A stretch of 64,000 nucleotides of DNA from Octopus vulgaris (taxonomy: Eukaryota): NCBI GenBank assembly GCA_951406725.2, contig OX597814.1, positions 147,870,001-147,934,000 of the forward strand, in the 5' to 3' direction. The position numbers were made by a program, and so were the translations under genes. Of the stretch, positions 37,346 to 52,621 are shown in pieces; position 1 is the stretch's first letter, and each line of letters starts with the position of its first letter. The notes beneath the pieces were generated by a model. That model was not told the origin of the DNA. It saw nothing but the letters and a program-made list of their open reading frames with translations, and did no database searches.

Positions 37346-40300
37346 TGTTGTGTTCGTGTATGTGTGTGTATGCTCATATTCAAATATTTAAATATGTAAG
37401 TAGATAGACCTGTATATCCTTATACATTTACTGTATTTTAGTTTCTTTCTCTTTTCCAACCATAAATGCTCGCTAAAGCAGCAATACAGACATAGCCATA
37501 CCAACTTCCGTCCATTCTCAATAACCGTCGATCTGTATTAATCAATGTTCTATTCTAATTCAAAAATATTAGGGTGGACTTTGAGACATATTGGCTGTTA
37601 TTTATAACAGGTCTTGTTCGAATGTATGCGTGTACGCATTAAACATGTATGCATGTTAGCTTAAACATCGTCTGTGAAAGAAAACATTTGTCTTAAATTA
37701 TCATAATCATGGAATAATACAAACTTTTTAACCGCCTGTTTAACCATCAAGTCATTATAACGTTGATTTACTGCTATGATATCAGTTTCGTTGTCGCTGA
37801 TGATACTGGATACATTTTGATGAAATGACGTGTACTTATCTTACAAACTACATGAAGTCAGAAGTCTCCAGCTATCAACATTTCCTCTTATGTTTTACGT
37901 AATGTGATTGTATTTGGCATATCGTAATTGCTAATGAACTGAAAGGTTGAAATTATTGTTTTCGAAATTTACTCTTTGTCCATCCAATTACGGTTAGCAA
38001 TACAACTAGCATTCATTCTTTTACTGACCTTATTGTTAGTGTTGGTCCTTTCTTTGATTTCTTCTTGCATTTCGCGTTCGTTTTCAAACTTATATTCTTC
38101 GTTTTCTTCTCATTCGTCATATTTCTTCCTTTCTTCCTCCTCTCCCTCGTAAGATAGTATCAATATTTGAACTTACTCTCGATGTTTGTTTATATATCGG
38201 TAGATAAAACGACGAGCGGAATACATTTAGGATGTAAATTCAAATAATGTAGGGATATATACCATTTTTTAAAATTAAGTGTGTCACCAGTATAAGAATC
38301 AAACACATTCTAACCTCAACGTAAACGGCTGTATTTTTCCCCCAAATTTTCGGTTTTGTATTTATGCCACAAATTGTTATTCATTTTATATTCTAACATC
38401 TCCACGAGACCAAACATCTTGAACGTACATGTTGTTTAATCAATCACAGTATCTCATTACAACATATTTTCTGACCGCTGGCGGGATGAAATGCAAAATT
38501 GACGTAAAGAAGGGTTCTGTACGTGGTTTTTAGTTTAGAAATGGCAGCCGCATCTTTTTTTATTTTACTCTACCCTAGAAACGAATTTTGAGCTCAAAGG
38601 TGGACATTTTTTTTGTTAGAAAGAATGTGATCATAGGCCTGGGGAATAAGAACAAACCCGAGGTTAAACAAGCAATACATTGAACATGCATACAAAGATC
38701 AGTGAGAAAGCCTGTGCGCTCATATAGGATTTGTTATATCATATCTCCTTAAAAATCAAAGCTTACAAAAACAACGGGCACATTTGATGACAGTCTAAGG
38801 CAAATTATTGATGTAGGAGATGGTCGGAATTGGCTCATCTTTGATAATATGACTGAGGTAACATATCTGAGTTGGGCTGAAACAACTACAATAGCATGAA
38901 AGGCTTCGTCTGGGTCTGATACAAAATATATAAGTTAAATTCTGTTTTTCATGTCCACATTAGATTGCGTATTCTGTACATTCAATATGAATGCTGTCGT
39001 CAAAAACACCGCCAAGCATATGGTAGCTAACTTATTAATATATTCTCAGGCCATTCACTAAATATCATCAAATATATTTTCATTGGTGTCATAGAAATAA
39101 CCAATTTTTTGTCATATGACGCTATGCAATATTTGTGTCAATAAAATGTTAGCGAACAAATATCAATTTGGCAAATCAATATAATAATATGGTGAAGCTG
39201 TCCTCGACTGGAAGTTACAACAAAGCACTTTAGTTTGATTTTGCCAGAGTGAAATTGGATGACCTGAAAGAGTGCGGAAAACTGTCTCATGGACCTCATG
39301 TAGTACAATGAACCATACTCGCCTTTCATCTAACGCTAACTCTGCATGATGATGTGAATGTTATTTCTGTCTGTGGAATACTCAGCCATATATATGCTCA
39401 AAAAAGTGTCGGTAGATCATTTTATACTCATTATTGAAACCAATGTAGTGTCTGTATCTATCATTTGCATTTACAAATAAATGCATATTTATTCATATAT
39501 ATATATATATGTTCAAATATGTATAGAAACTTATATAACTGTATGTATAAGCATACACACGCGCACTCACGCACATATGAATATGCATATGTATATAAAT
39601 ATGTCTATATATATGTATGCATATTTTCTACTTATTTATATATATGTGTGTATATGTGTACGTATACACGTTTATATCGAGTCTGACAAAGTGGGTATTG
39701 ATGTAGGGTTTAACGTAAGTTATATCCCTCTAAACATGCTTGCATGCAAGTTTACATACATACATACATACATGCATGTATGCATACATATGTGCACATC
39801 TTCTACATTTATTTGTATGAATGAACATAGAAATATATTTATGTGTATAGCTGCAAGTGAGTTTCTGTGTACGTAAGCAACTTCAAATCTGTGCATGTTG
39901 TCATAAGGAATTTGGAATACATTTAAGAATGTGTATGCGTACGAGCGTGTGTGGGTCCACGTGTCCGTCTGTCTGTGTCTGCAAGTTTGCTTTTATGCTT
40001 TTGAATTTTTTAGTTTCTCCTCCATATATCCTTATACGCGCGTTTGTGCAAATATGTATTTTAATGCATGTGTGTGTGTATGTTTTTGTGTAACATATAT
40101 TATTGTGTGTCTATACGTTCTGTGCTTGTGAGTATGTGTATGCGGGTAGATATGAACTGTTTTTTATTCGCTTGTGAGCGTGACATATGTTATTGTGTGT
40201 CTGTGATTGCATTAAAACATTTGTGTGTATGCACACTTCTTCTTCATACATGGGTTTTAATATTTTTGTGTATGTGTATGTGTTTGTGTGTGTGTGAGCG

Positions 40301-41055
40301 CACACTTGTGTGTATGTATCATTCTGTGCTCACGTGTATAATCTGTCATATGTCAGTCTGTCTGTATTACATTGCATTTATCGTTGTCTGTGTGTATGTG
40401 TGTCTATATGAGTCTTAACAATGCAAATATATTCAATGATATTCAAATATTCCAAAACCATTTATGCATCCTTTTCTCTGAAATATCGACAAGAGATTCT
40501 CGATGGATTTCCCTTCTGATGACTCAAGTGTTCATTTTCCTCACACAATCCAATTCTTCCTCAAAACTCTAGTGAAATCCTGCATTCTTTGTTTTCTTTT
40601 TCCTTGTTTTCTTTCTTTGTACTCTTTTTTTTATCTTGCTCTTCGTATTTTTTTTCTTTGTAAGCGTTTCTTTTACTTTTCTTTCTTCTGATTATTGATT
40701 ATGATCGGCATGTCTTGGTTTTGACACTGGTCTCTGAAGAAACTTCAGATTTCCCTGAATTACACTGCAGAAAGTTACACGAACCAAACCATGCCCCACC
40801 AGAAAATAATAAATGAACAACAACAGAAACAACAAAAATAATAATAAATTAATATCATCTTGATTTTATTGATAAATCCGGGGATAATTTTGTAACACTA
40901 TTAATTTGGTATCTTTCTTTTCCCATTTTTTATCATTTTCTGTTTGTAAATTTGATAGTTGTTATTTGCATTGTTTTATTGCATTGTTTTTATTTTATTT
41001 ATATTGCATCTCCAGGGTCCTGGATACACTGTTGTGGTTATCATCATCATCATCG

Positions 41056-41117
<62 letters not shown>

Positions 41118-43534
41118 CATTGTTATTATTATTATTAGTTTTGGTCGCCGTGGTGGTCGTGGTGTTTTTTGTTATGTTGTTGTGGCCGGTATTGAGAAAA
41201 AAAAAGGACACAGAAATAAATTAAAAACGAAATTTAGATTAAACATGGTGTATTTGTGATTGACACACAAAATCAAAATTATAATCCATTTGTCGTTATC
41301 AATTAATAGATTGTGTTCGTTTCAATAAGAATGTTACTTTGCTGGAGCGGTGGAACATTAGCTTAAATGCAATTTTAGAATTTACTTCCGATTCTCTTTG
41401 ACCCTTGGTGAAATATAGTAATTTAGCAATTAACATTCAGCATTTCATTCACATACATACCAGTAACATTCTAAGTATGAAAATTATGAATTTAGCGAAG
41501 TGGAAAATTGCCCTTTATGCTTAATCTAATGAAACCAACAAACTTCTTTCCTTGCTGAGTGATGTGTGGCTCGTTGTTGAAGGTATACGGCTTTTCTTGT
41601 ACAACTAATATTCTTGGGAAAAACATGAATCCTATGAGTCCATGTGGTTAAGCAGTTTGCTTTATAATCACACAGTTCCGTGTTCAAACCACATTGTACA
41701 TCATGTCGGAAGACTAACATCAATTTATAGAGAATTTTCAGAAGCCCCTCACATGGACTGACCTTAATGAGCAGTGGCTTTTACTTTGCTCCAGCAGTCT
41801 TTTAGTTACCCACCGATTAATATTGTTTCTCTTGACTTTCAATTAATATTTTGATGCTATAATGCCTGTTTTTAGTAATCCTAAATACTCCCAATACTGG
41901 GATCAAAAACGAAACTGCACGGTTGGATGTCATCTAACAAAGCTTTGAGTGCCAACGGCTTTGGTTTACTTGCAAGTAACTGTAATATATACCGACTGCT
42001 GGTTTTTTAATTGTATATACTGTCTGTCTCTGTCTCTCTCTCTCTCTCTCTCATGCACACACATACATTTATACTGAAAAGAGGCATTATTTAAGCTCAA
42101 AAGAAAACATTTTGTTTTTTCTCAAATGTGTGTCAAAGCCCAAAGGTACTAAATTGATGATAGTCATTGTTTGTTACTTTGGCACAAGACCAAGATAGTG
42201 TTTTAAATCGACCGCAGTGACTGACATGTACTTTATTTTATCGACAATGAAGGATGAAAGCCAAAGTTTGCATAGAATGCAAAGAGCAGTAGTAAATATC
42301 GCAAACTATTTTGGTCGACAATCTAACTATTCTGGCAATGGAAATCTCTACGCATAATAATTCGTTCTGCTATAGACAAATATCCTGAAATTTTGTGTGA
42401 TGAAATTCACAATTTCAGTCACCCTCAGTACATAAATCATACAATACTTTCTGGTTCCTTCACCAACTAAACATGAAAATGAACTCGTTGAACTTACAGA
42501 CACACAGCGTGTACTACGTCTCCTTATATTTTGAATTCAAATGCTGCTGAGGTCAATTGTGTGTCTCATACTCATGGTTTGATAGAATAATGTTCGGCTC
42601 AAGTAATAGCATCAGATAAAAGCCTACAAACACTTGGAGGTGAAAGCGTTAGTTGTATGAATTAACCTCAATACTGGAGTGGTAATAGAGTTTCTTGAAA
42701 TCTGAAGGATGAAAAGTAATCTCAGCAGGATTTCGTACTTAGAACGCAAGTCATCGTAACTAAATAGCGTAAGGCACTTTTGTGTCACTGCTTATGAACT
42801 TCATTGCGGGAGGGAATGGTCGGTTAGATCGATAGAGTATATAACTTAGTTCTTTATTTTAATCGGCATGGAAGGATCAAATACTAACTTGACCCAAGAG
42901 TGTTAGAAACTCAAAAAGCATAAAAGACCCAATGAAATATAGGAAAGGAGTTTGTCCCATATTCTGCCACATATGTCATCACCCTTATTCATATTAATAA
43001 CGATAATAATGAACGCGCGCGCACATACACACACGCACACACACAAATGTATACATCCACACATTTAGGTTTATACGTACGGGCGTTTTGTATGATATAG
43101 TCATGCAAATATAGATAACTGATGTGATTTAATCGGATCTATACGGTTATCTATATTTTCGATGTATTATTACCGTTTATATTTTACAATTTTTCTCCAA
43201 TCGTGTTTTTGTTCTTGGTTTGTTTTTTTTTATTGGTAAAACGGTTTTAGTATCAAATTTAACAATGAACGTATAGATTTCTTCGAATCAGAGAACGATC
43301 GCCTCTAGAGATTTGAAACTATAGTTCTTTGTATACTGAACACGCTATTTTCTCATTCTCCCAGGACTCATAAAAAACACATTCACATAAAGGCAAATCT
43401 ATTTCAAAAGAGCACTTATTCTTTTCCCACACGTAATTATTCCAGCAGAACTTGCATACATAGCAATACTACTTAGAGGGTTTCATATATACACATATAT
43501 ACGCATTAAAATACAGTCTCGCATAACATTCTGT

Positions 43535-44191
<657 letters not shown>

Positions 44192-44849
44192 CGCATATTT
44201 GCATACGTAGTTGAATATATACATATTATCCAAAAATAATTGTATTTTTATTCATTTGCTGAGAGCCCAAACTGAACGAACGGAAATATCTGCTCTACTA
44301 AAAGTAAAATGTGTGTGTTTGTGTGTGTGTTTGTGTGTGGGGTTCGGGCTTTTCTGTGAGTGTAAGTGTAACTATATCAGTATTCAGTTATGTTTGTAGT
44401 CGGTTGAAAGCGTTTATGTAACAGAGCTCTCACATTATGTTGATAAATCTTGTTTACCATTTCTAAAGTTCAGCATGATGCGTTATGCGACGACTTATTA
44501 CAGTTCACTGAATGACAAATAATATAATGAATACGGCCGACGGACCATACCGCAGGGTATCGTTTGCATATTCAATACACATACGGTAAGATCTTCTAAT
44601 GAAAAATACTGATCAGTTGAGATTATTCTAAAATTAGTAGCTAATGACGTCCCTTCTCCATATATCGGACTTCAAACGATTTTTTATACTTTTGGTAGAT
44701 TTGTAGATGTTCTTATTGTTTTGAGTAATTTTTCTTGTAACTTCGTAAATATTTTGACGAAAATCTTTAAATCCAGACCATTGCAGTTCATAACACATTT
44801 TATCTTCTAAATCCAGTATGACATTCTATTTCTAAAGGCGACAAATCAT

Positions 44850-45070
44850 ATGTTTGTTGTTTAAACACCTGACTTCGTCTTCTGTTTTTCTGCAAATTTC
44901 AACTATATATATTCTTTTCTCCTTTCTTTCTGTGTTACTTTCTGTGGAAGAGCGTAGGCCCGAAATATTATGGACATTTTCACTACCCGAGCGTTGTACT
45001 AATACATGCTTGTTGTTTACACCACCTGTCTTCGTCTTTTGTTTTTTCTGAATTCTCCACCCCCTATATA
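44850..45070 (+). mobile_element. Penelope-like pseudo-LTR partial tandem with hammerhead-like motif
   Basis: CTGTGGA A GAGC-GTAG-GCCC GAAA at 44942-44965. The tail tgttgttt...cacctg.cttcgtctt.tgttttt...ctatata occurs twice (44850-44910 and 45005-45070). Homologous to 52430-52560. Confidence 0.6.
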
Positions 45071-45076
45071 TATATG

Positions 45077-45152
<76 letters not shown>

Positions 45153-45288
45153 TGTGTGTGTATGTGTTTGTGTGCATGCGTGTATATATATATATATATC
45201 ATATATATATATATATATATGTGTGTATATATGCATATATGCATATAAATGTGTATATATATATGTATATGCATATATGATATATATA

Positions 45289-45336
<48 letters not shown>

Positions 45337-45597
45337 GCATATATATATATATATTATATATTTATATATATGCATATATATATATATATATTATATATTT
45401 ATATATATGCATATATATATATATATATTATATATTTATATATATGCATATATATATATATGATATATTTATATATATGCATATATATATACATGTGTGT
45501 ATATATATATGTATATATATGTATGTAAATACATAAATATGTATGTGTGTATACATCCATTTACATATATATGTATATATATATGTGTGTGTGTATG

Positions 45598-45656
<59 letters not shown>

Positions 45657-45760
45657 TTGTATATATATGTATATATATATGTATGTATATATATATATAT
45701 ATGTGTGTGTGTATATATGTATATATATGTATATAACTGTACATATATATGTATATATAT
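45066..45760. repeat. Compound (TA)/(TG) microsatellite
   Basis: Seen directly. Confidence 0.95.
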
Positions 45761-45970
45761 GTTGTCATTATTAGTTCCATTACTTGAAGTGTATCACTAA
45801 TTGGCTCAAGACTGTAATGTGTTATTACGTTTATTGCAATAGTTAGGTTCCTACTTTATGAATTCAATTTACCGTTCAGGATGTTTCAGTCGATTTACAT
45901 GACCCCACCACCTCATTCTCTCTCTCTGTCTGCCTGTCTTCTTGACTCCTTCTTTCTATCTCTCCCTCCC

Positions 45971-46012
<42 letters not shown>

Positions 46013-46986
46013 CTGTATACGCGAGCGCACAGAACTTTCATTATACTAATGAAAAATGAAATAATGCAAATATATGGTGAAGTGGTGTGTTAGTGGTCTT
46101 TAGTTTTACCTCTTCGTGATATAATTTAAAGTCTGGAATGCGTTATTTGTTCAGATTTTAGTAATCTATCCACCAGTCATATAATGGACATGATTCAATC
46201 GATTATATCATTTTCCTATGACAACCAGCTGTGTACCTAGTCAAAAACATATCAATCAATAATCTAACGTTACATTTATGGATAATTATGTTCAGATTTG
46301 TCTGCTGCAGCTGATACAATCTGTGGAGAATATAACAATGAGGCAACGATTCAGCTGTTCATATCCATAAACGAATTTAAATCCAAAGCCCAGTTCACCT
46401 GCTCATAAATCGGTGTCGAATTGGGCAAGTCATTATTGCGTCGACAATATAAAACGGGATATATGTTCCGTTTCACTGCACCCTACGTTCAACTGCGCTT
46501 TTCGCCTTCTCGGGGTCGACAAAATATACCAAACTCGGGTGGTGAATCGGTGGGACTGTAACAATGTCGACCAAGGTATCTTGCCTGTTCCCACTCAGCT
46601 TTTTTGCGTTATGAGTACAAATCTTTCCATAGCTTATTTGTATGTTTGACTTAATCCATCACTCTTTGCCGAGTCCTAGATTTTTCAGTACGATCCATTG
46701 CGTTACCAGTATTAGGATCAGGTTTCTGGTCCCTTCTCCCTTCCCCTCCGCTAGTTTCGGATAATTTGTACAGCATTAAAATATAAAGAGAAAATATCCA
46801 CATGTTGATGCTTTCCACTGTTACAAACGACGACACGGCTGTATATACAATAAAAATTTACTTGCCGAGTTTTGAATAAGTCGCTCTCCTCTAGATTTAA
46901 ATATTCGATGGCTGTTCACGAGATTTCCCATATTAAAACGAGAGAGTACATTAGACATAGCAACGTAGTTTTTCCTTCTAAGTATT

Positions 46987-47254
46987 TATTGGGTAGGTGC
47001 ATAATTATTGCGGCTTTTTTTTTTTCCAACAAATTTTATTCAACAAGAACAATAACAATATTTAACAAAAACATCTTTAAATGACGGTATGACCGTCTGC
47101 CAAGCAAATGGGAAGCAGTAATTGAAGAAGATGGTGAATATGCTCTGGAATAAGCATTTAAATCGATTTTTGTTACATGTTGTTATTATTATTTTTTTTT
47201 TGTTGAATAAAATTTGTTGAAACAAAGTCGCAATAATTATGCACCAACCCAATG
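46987..47254 (+). mobile_element. Mariner-derived MITE
   Basis: ~55-bp TIRs ttgggtaggtgcataattattgcggc...caacaaattttattcaacaa and its inverse; TA at left, TG at right. The interior encodes YDRLPSKWEAVIEEDGEYALE* (mariner C-terminus). Confidence 0.88.
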
Positions 47255-50200
47255 TATTCGTTGTACAAAAATGTTGTTGGCAAAAGGTTTTCTCACTTTG
47301 AAACTACTTCTGAACATGACTTGTATTTATTTTATTGATATACGAAGAAATTAAACATTTTTTTTTTCCGTTGTAAATCCAGAACATAGAATCTAAATAC
47401 TTCAAAGCTCTCTCTGGTTGACTTCGTAGCGTAATTTATTGCCAGAAAACCCTGGGGGTGTACTAATGAGGTATTAAATACAATATTCAGAAACTAAAAT
47501 AAAATGCGTTCATATTTCTATTTATTTCGTTTTAGAACTGTCAATACATGATTTTCCTCAAGCCCAGCGCTCACCTCTCCCAATGAAAAAATAAATAGGG
47601 ACTGATGAACGATAAAAGGACGTGTTTCTGACAGGAGATAATTTTATTCCTCCCTCTAATCAGCTCGCTCTCTCCTGAATTGAGATTTATTTTTCATGAA
47701 TAGTTATTTAAATATTATAGAATACTATGAATTCGCTTCTTTTTTGCATTCGCGCAGGGTTTATTCCATAATGATATAAGCGTAAATGTTTCGAATTTTA
47801 ATATTTATTTTTGGAAACACGTTTTCTTCTTTGCTATTTCGTACACGAAGTCAACCAAATGAAAATTGCCTCCATAACATGGATTATATTTTATTGTGGT
47901 TTTTAGTTCAAATCCCATCTAGATCAACTTTGCTTTTTGCCCTTCCGATAAGACATTTAGCTGAATAATAATGTCGATTTATTCAAATGAATACTAGCAT
48001 CATCCTGATTTCTAAGACAAAAATTTCTGACAGACAAACTTTCTCGAAACGTCTTAGTGTGCTCTACTGTTTAAGAGCGAATGCAGAGTTGATGCTCCAA
48101 GTGTAATCAGTTTTGCAAGAGAAATAAGGCAGAAGTAACTCAATGAAATTAGTTTTAATCACCCCGTGATCGACAATTATGGCAGAAGATTGATGTAGGT
48201 AAGGAGCCACTACGTGGCCGATATAACTTCTAGAAATAGTGGTTAAATTTCTCACAAATCACATTGTATTAATTTAAATATAGAACGACATATTGGACAA
48301 AGCAAGCGTAGACATAGCTGCTATTGTTGAGATGCTTTTTGAATAAGGATCTACTGAATCGGAGCTGGTCTGCAGTTAACAGCAAAACGAATTATATTAA
48401 TCCAAATTTTCAGACATATGAAATGATTTTCTTTTACAAAATACTGCAGCTGATTATAGTAATGAAGTGTCCATGAAGTATAGTATGGCTCTGGAGCTTT
48501 ATGAACCGGGTCATTTATAAAGAATTAAGCTATTAGACACGAAATATTCAGCAACGTTAGCAGGATACACAAACTGTAATTTTCAATTAAATACAATTCT
48601 AAATTTGTTTGTCTTAATAACCCACCTACACATTTTTTTCTCCATCGTCTAGACATTTTCACCTAAAAAATCTAGAACATTCTAGAAATTCTAGCTTTTC
48701 CCTTGACCTATATATATATGTGTGTGTGTATATATATATTTGTGATAGTCATTAGTGAAATAAGAATCGTTTGATTTGATCTTTCAAATGTCACACTTTT
48801 CTCAGTACAAACGATATTAAAAAGACCCTCGAATGGCATATAATATTCCTATTTAACATGTAATAAGTGCACACCCCACTACACATGCACGCAAAGACAC
48901 ACTCAGGGATATGTGCGCGCGCACGAACACACACACACAAATGTATAGGTACATGTACATACATAGCTTCAGTCCATATTGTGGCCATTTATTTCCTGTT
49001 TCATTCTATGCATCGTGTGAAGTAGCCACCAAAATGAGTTGTGATGTTATACATATCTTCCATACTCCCATCAGCTATTCTTTTATGCTTTTCAGCCCAA
49101 AAGGTGTGGTCATGCTGGGGCACTACCCCTGCCCCCACACACAGATATATATATGTGTGTGTATGTGTGTGTGTATTTTTGTGTGTATATATAGCGTTCA
49201 CATTTAATCTATTATCATTGTTGTATTTGTGATTAGAATTTAATTTGGGATTTAGAAACAAGGTCTTTTGATACTACCTCCTAGTTTATTTATTTTATAT
49301 CCAACTTCATGAATATTTATGGATAACGCATTAGGAATTCAAGTTGTCTTTTGGTGAGACTCAAACACAATAGTAACAGAAGCCCTGATTTCTGCTTTGG
49401 AAGAGGTGTAACTTTATAAATTGTAAAATAATGATGGTAGTCATCTGCATCAAAATACTTTAAATTTGTGAAATTATTTTACACTGGAAGTTGAACCAAC
49501 TGGATTTTTAAATCGAAAAGCTGAAAAAAAAAAATGAAATAAATGTACATTGTTGAATTTAGAACTGATATCGAGTCTGCAGATTTGAAAATTTCTAAGT
49601 CATTTAGATAAGGCTTCAGCATTCTTTTTCGTGAAGAAGAACTCATGAGAGATACTACACTCTTAAAAATCTTCAAGATAATTTTTCGTTGGCGTGCATT
49701 CAGAAAGTCCTGCAGAGTACAGTTTGTCATGACTGATTTTAGAGCCTTTTTAGTTGAGACTATATTAATTATACAAAGAGAGAGAAGGCTATGTCCGATT
49801 TAACTAATTCCACTGACTACCCTAGAAGAATAATTACTGTAAATTGTTGCGGAGTTGGAACTCAGAAGTAAATATACTATAACATGCCTCCTAACAGTAT
49901 TTACTGTTTTAGGTAGTCTAAACTCTTTTTACCATTTCCTGTTGATATTGATACACACACACAGATTATCACATACACCCACATACACACTCCCGAAGAC
50001 ATGTACTGAAACGCCCATACACACAGATATATATTATGGGTAAGTAATTAGCTGGAGTAATTGACCATAATTAGTCTTATCAGTTAAACAATATTCATGT
50101 ATTAATGAGTGAAAAACAAAATGTAACCATGTTGAAATTAATTTTAAGAGTTTAATTAATTTTTTCGACTCAGTATTTTTGCTAAGGTTACCCGGATTTA

Positions 50201-50711
50201 CTATCGATTGAAAAGATAATATAATAAATTAATTAATTTAATTAATTAGCTAACATAGATGATAGATTAATATAGCCGAAATTAAAGCAAAAATGCGTTC
50301 GCTTCTTTCTTTTGAAAGAACAGTGATCTGAAATATTATATTACGTAATGAAAAATGAATTCCAATTTTGAAGAATTTTATATGAATACAACATGCCACA
50401 ACATCAAGAACATGTGCTCACACATGAATATTTGCAAACATACAGCTTCTTTATACACACTAAACACATAGTGTTCATGTACACATAAGCACACAAACAC
50501 AGGACATAAATTAACTCGCGGGAACGAATCTGTTTTCAAGCGAGGAAAGCACATTTAATGAAATATTGCCGTTCGCTTAAGAAGATACCAAGCTGTAGTG
50601 AGAATAACTATGAAAGCATTATAAATCTGTTTTACTACAACAATTTCCATCAGAGAATATCAGCAACCTCCAACAACACATATAACACACACACATACAC
50701 ACACACACACA

Positions 50712-50752
<41 letters not shown>

Positions 50753-51751
50753 TTTCCCATACATTAAGAAATGTCTTTATAAACACGTGTGTTCGTAAAA
50801 TACCATTAAGGCACCACACTCATCTTTCACTGACATTGTCACAATGTATAAATGATATTGGTTTACATTCTCGACCTTCTTCCTCGAAGATAAACTTTTA
50901 AGATATCAAGTAATCATTCAGGCGAAAATGTTTTATAGTTTTCCTAGAATTTGGATGAGGAATATAAAAAACAGAATCTTCCGAAATCTTCAGTCTTCAC
51001 TGAGGTATTATATTGTATTCTATTGATTCAAACAAGAAACAGGGAAATTTAAATTCAAATAGTGCTTAAGACATTTTTCTGAGAATACGACGATATGTGC
51101 ATTTATGTATGTGTTCAAGTAACACGTAAATGTAATATGTATTTCTTATATATACTCACATCACACGCACGTACACGTATATGGTTGTACTTAACGTATT
51201 GTATATGCTTGTAGAGAGGCAAGAAAAGCTACAAGTATATTTTTATATGTACTCAAATAGATTGAAAAAGTATGTTTGCAGTCAAATATATGTAGCAAGC
51301 ATTAATTTTATCCTGTCGCACTTAGACCGTGACCAAGCAAAACTGAATAGTTGTAGATTATGCATTGCTGTCTCGTGAATACGGTAATGATGACGATAAT
51401 GACCATCACAATCATGGCCATCATCATTAGCATCATTTATCGATTTTGTTGGAGGATGTCACTTTAGTATTTGTTGTCTCACTACTTAGTTTTTGATGCT
51501 ATTTCGCTCGGGTTATATTATTTAGCACATGGTCAATAATGAGCTCAGCAGCTTATTCCAGGTTTCGCAGTGGTGGTGGTGGGGGGGGAGGCAATGTTAT
51601 TGTAATAAGAAATGTGTGTGTGTGTGTTTGTGTGCGTGTGCATACAGTGGAAAGCGTGTTTCAGTGTAAAATTTCATTATAGCTACTCTATGTTTCACGG
51701 TTCGGTTCGTGATATTGTAAATTGTGCTTTATGCTTGAATATACGTTATTT

Positions 51752-51821
<70 letters not shown>

Positions 51822-52249
51822 CATATGTGTGACTGTGGCTGTATAGCTGAGATTTATGGGTGGATGTATGCGTATAAACTTTTCTCGTCGTTTGGAATGA
51901 GAAGTCAAGAGACTGGCGGTTTTATGTTTACGAGTATTTCTGCCTATATATACACATACGCATGTAGTTTTTTATTCGTTTCTTTAATATATTTATAGTT
52001 GTGAATAAAATACATACTTGTGAACCATAATATACACATATACACTCACCCACTCCCACATACAACACCTCTACCCCCACCCTCAGCCTAACCCACGCCA
52101 CCGTTGCTTTCCTCACTCTCGCCTCCCCACATCCCAAAACCACCACACACCACCATACCACACACCATCATACCACACACCACCACCCACATACTAGCAC
52201 TGACCTCTTCCCAGTCCCCACGTCATCCTCCACACACCTACACATGCAC

Positions 52250-52560
52250 ACACACACGCGTCAAGGCCACCAGCCCTCTTCCACAAGCACATACATGCTC
52301 TCTTTTATCACGCTCGTGCAATTTCGATTTGGGATCACCACTACTTTATCATCTCCCCTTCTACGTAGCTCTCCTGTGTGACCCCTCTGTCCGGTATTCG
52401 CCATGATAAATCGCTAGCCACTACACATTCGTTATTTTCTCTCTCTGTTTCTTTCTGTGGAAGAGCGTAGGCTCGAAACGTTAAAGTCTTTTTTACTTCC
52501 CGAGCGTTAAACTAATATATCTGTTTGTTGTCTTCGTCTTTTCTTTTTTGTGAATTCTGT
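52250..52560 (+). mobile_element. Penelope-like pseudo-LTR fragment with compact hammerhead-like motif
   Basis: CUUU CUGUGGA A GAGC-GUAG-GCUC GAAA CG UU AAAG at 52451-52486. Downstream cccgagcgttaaactaata...gtcttcgtcttt is shared with 44985-45050. Followed by (TC)n(TA)n; the 5' boundary is uncertain. Confidence 0.62.
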
Positions 52561-52582
52561 CCCCCTTCTCTCTCTCTCTCTT

Positions 52583-52621
<39 letters not shown>

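Noticed and set aside
40707-40795. Imperfect inverted repeat enclosing CTGAAGA and a later GAAA
   Set aside because: GAAA is not adjacent to the helix and no helix I forms, so it is too weak to call a hammerhead.
46620-46840. RTE-like 3' end on the minus strand (AMDR motif)
   Set aside because: Only two very short motifs, which is insufficient support.
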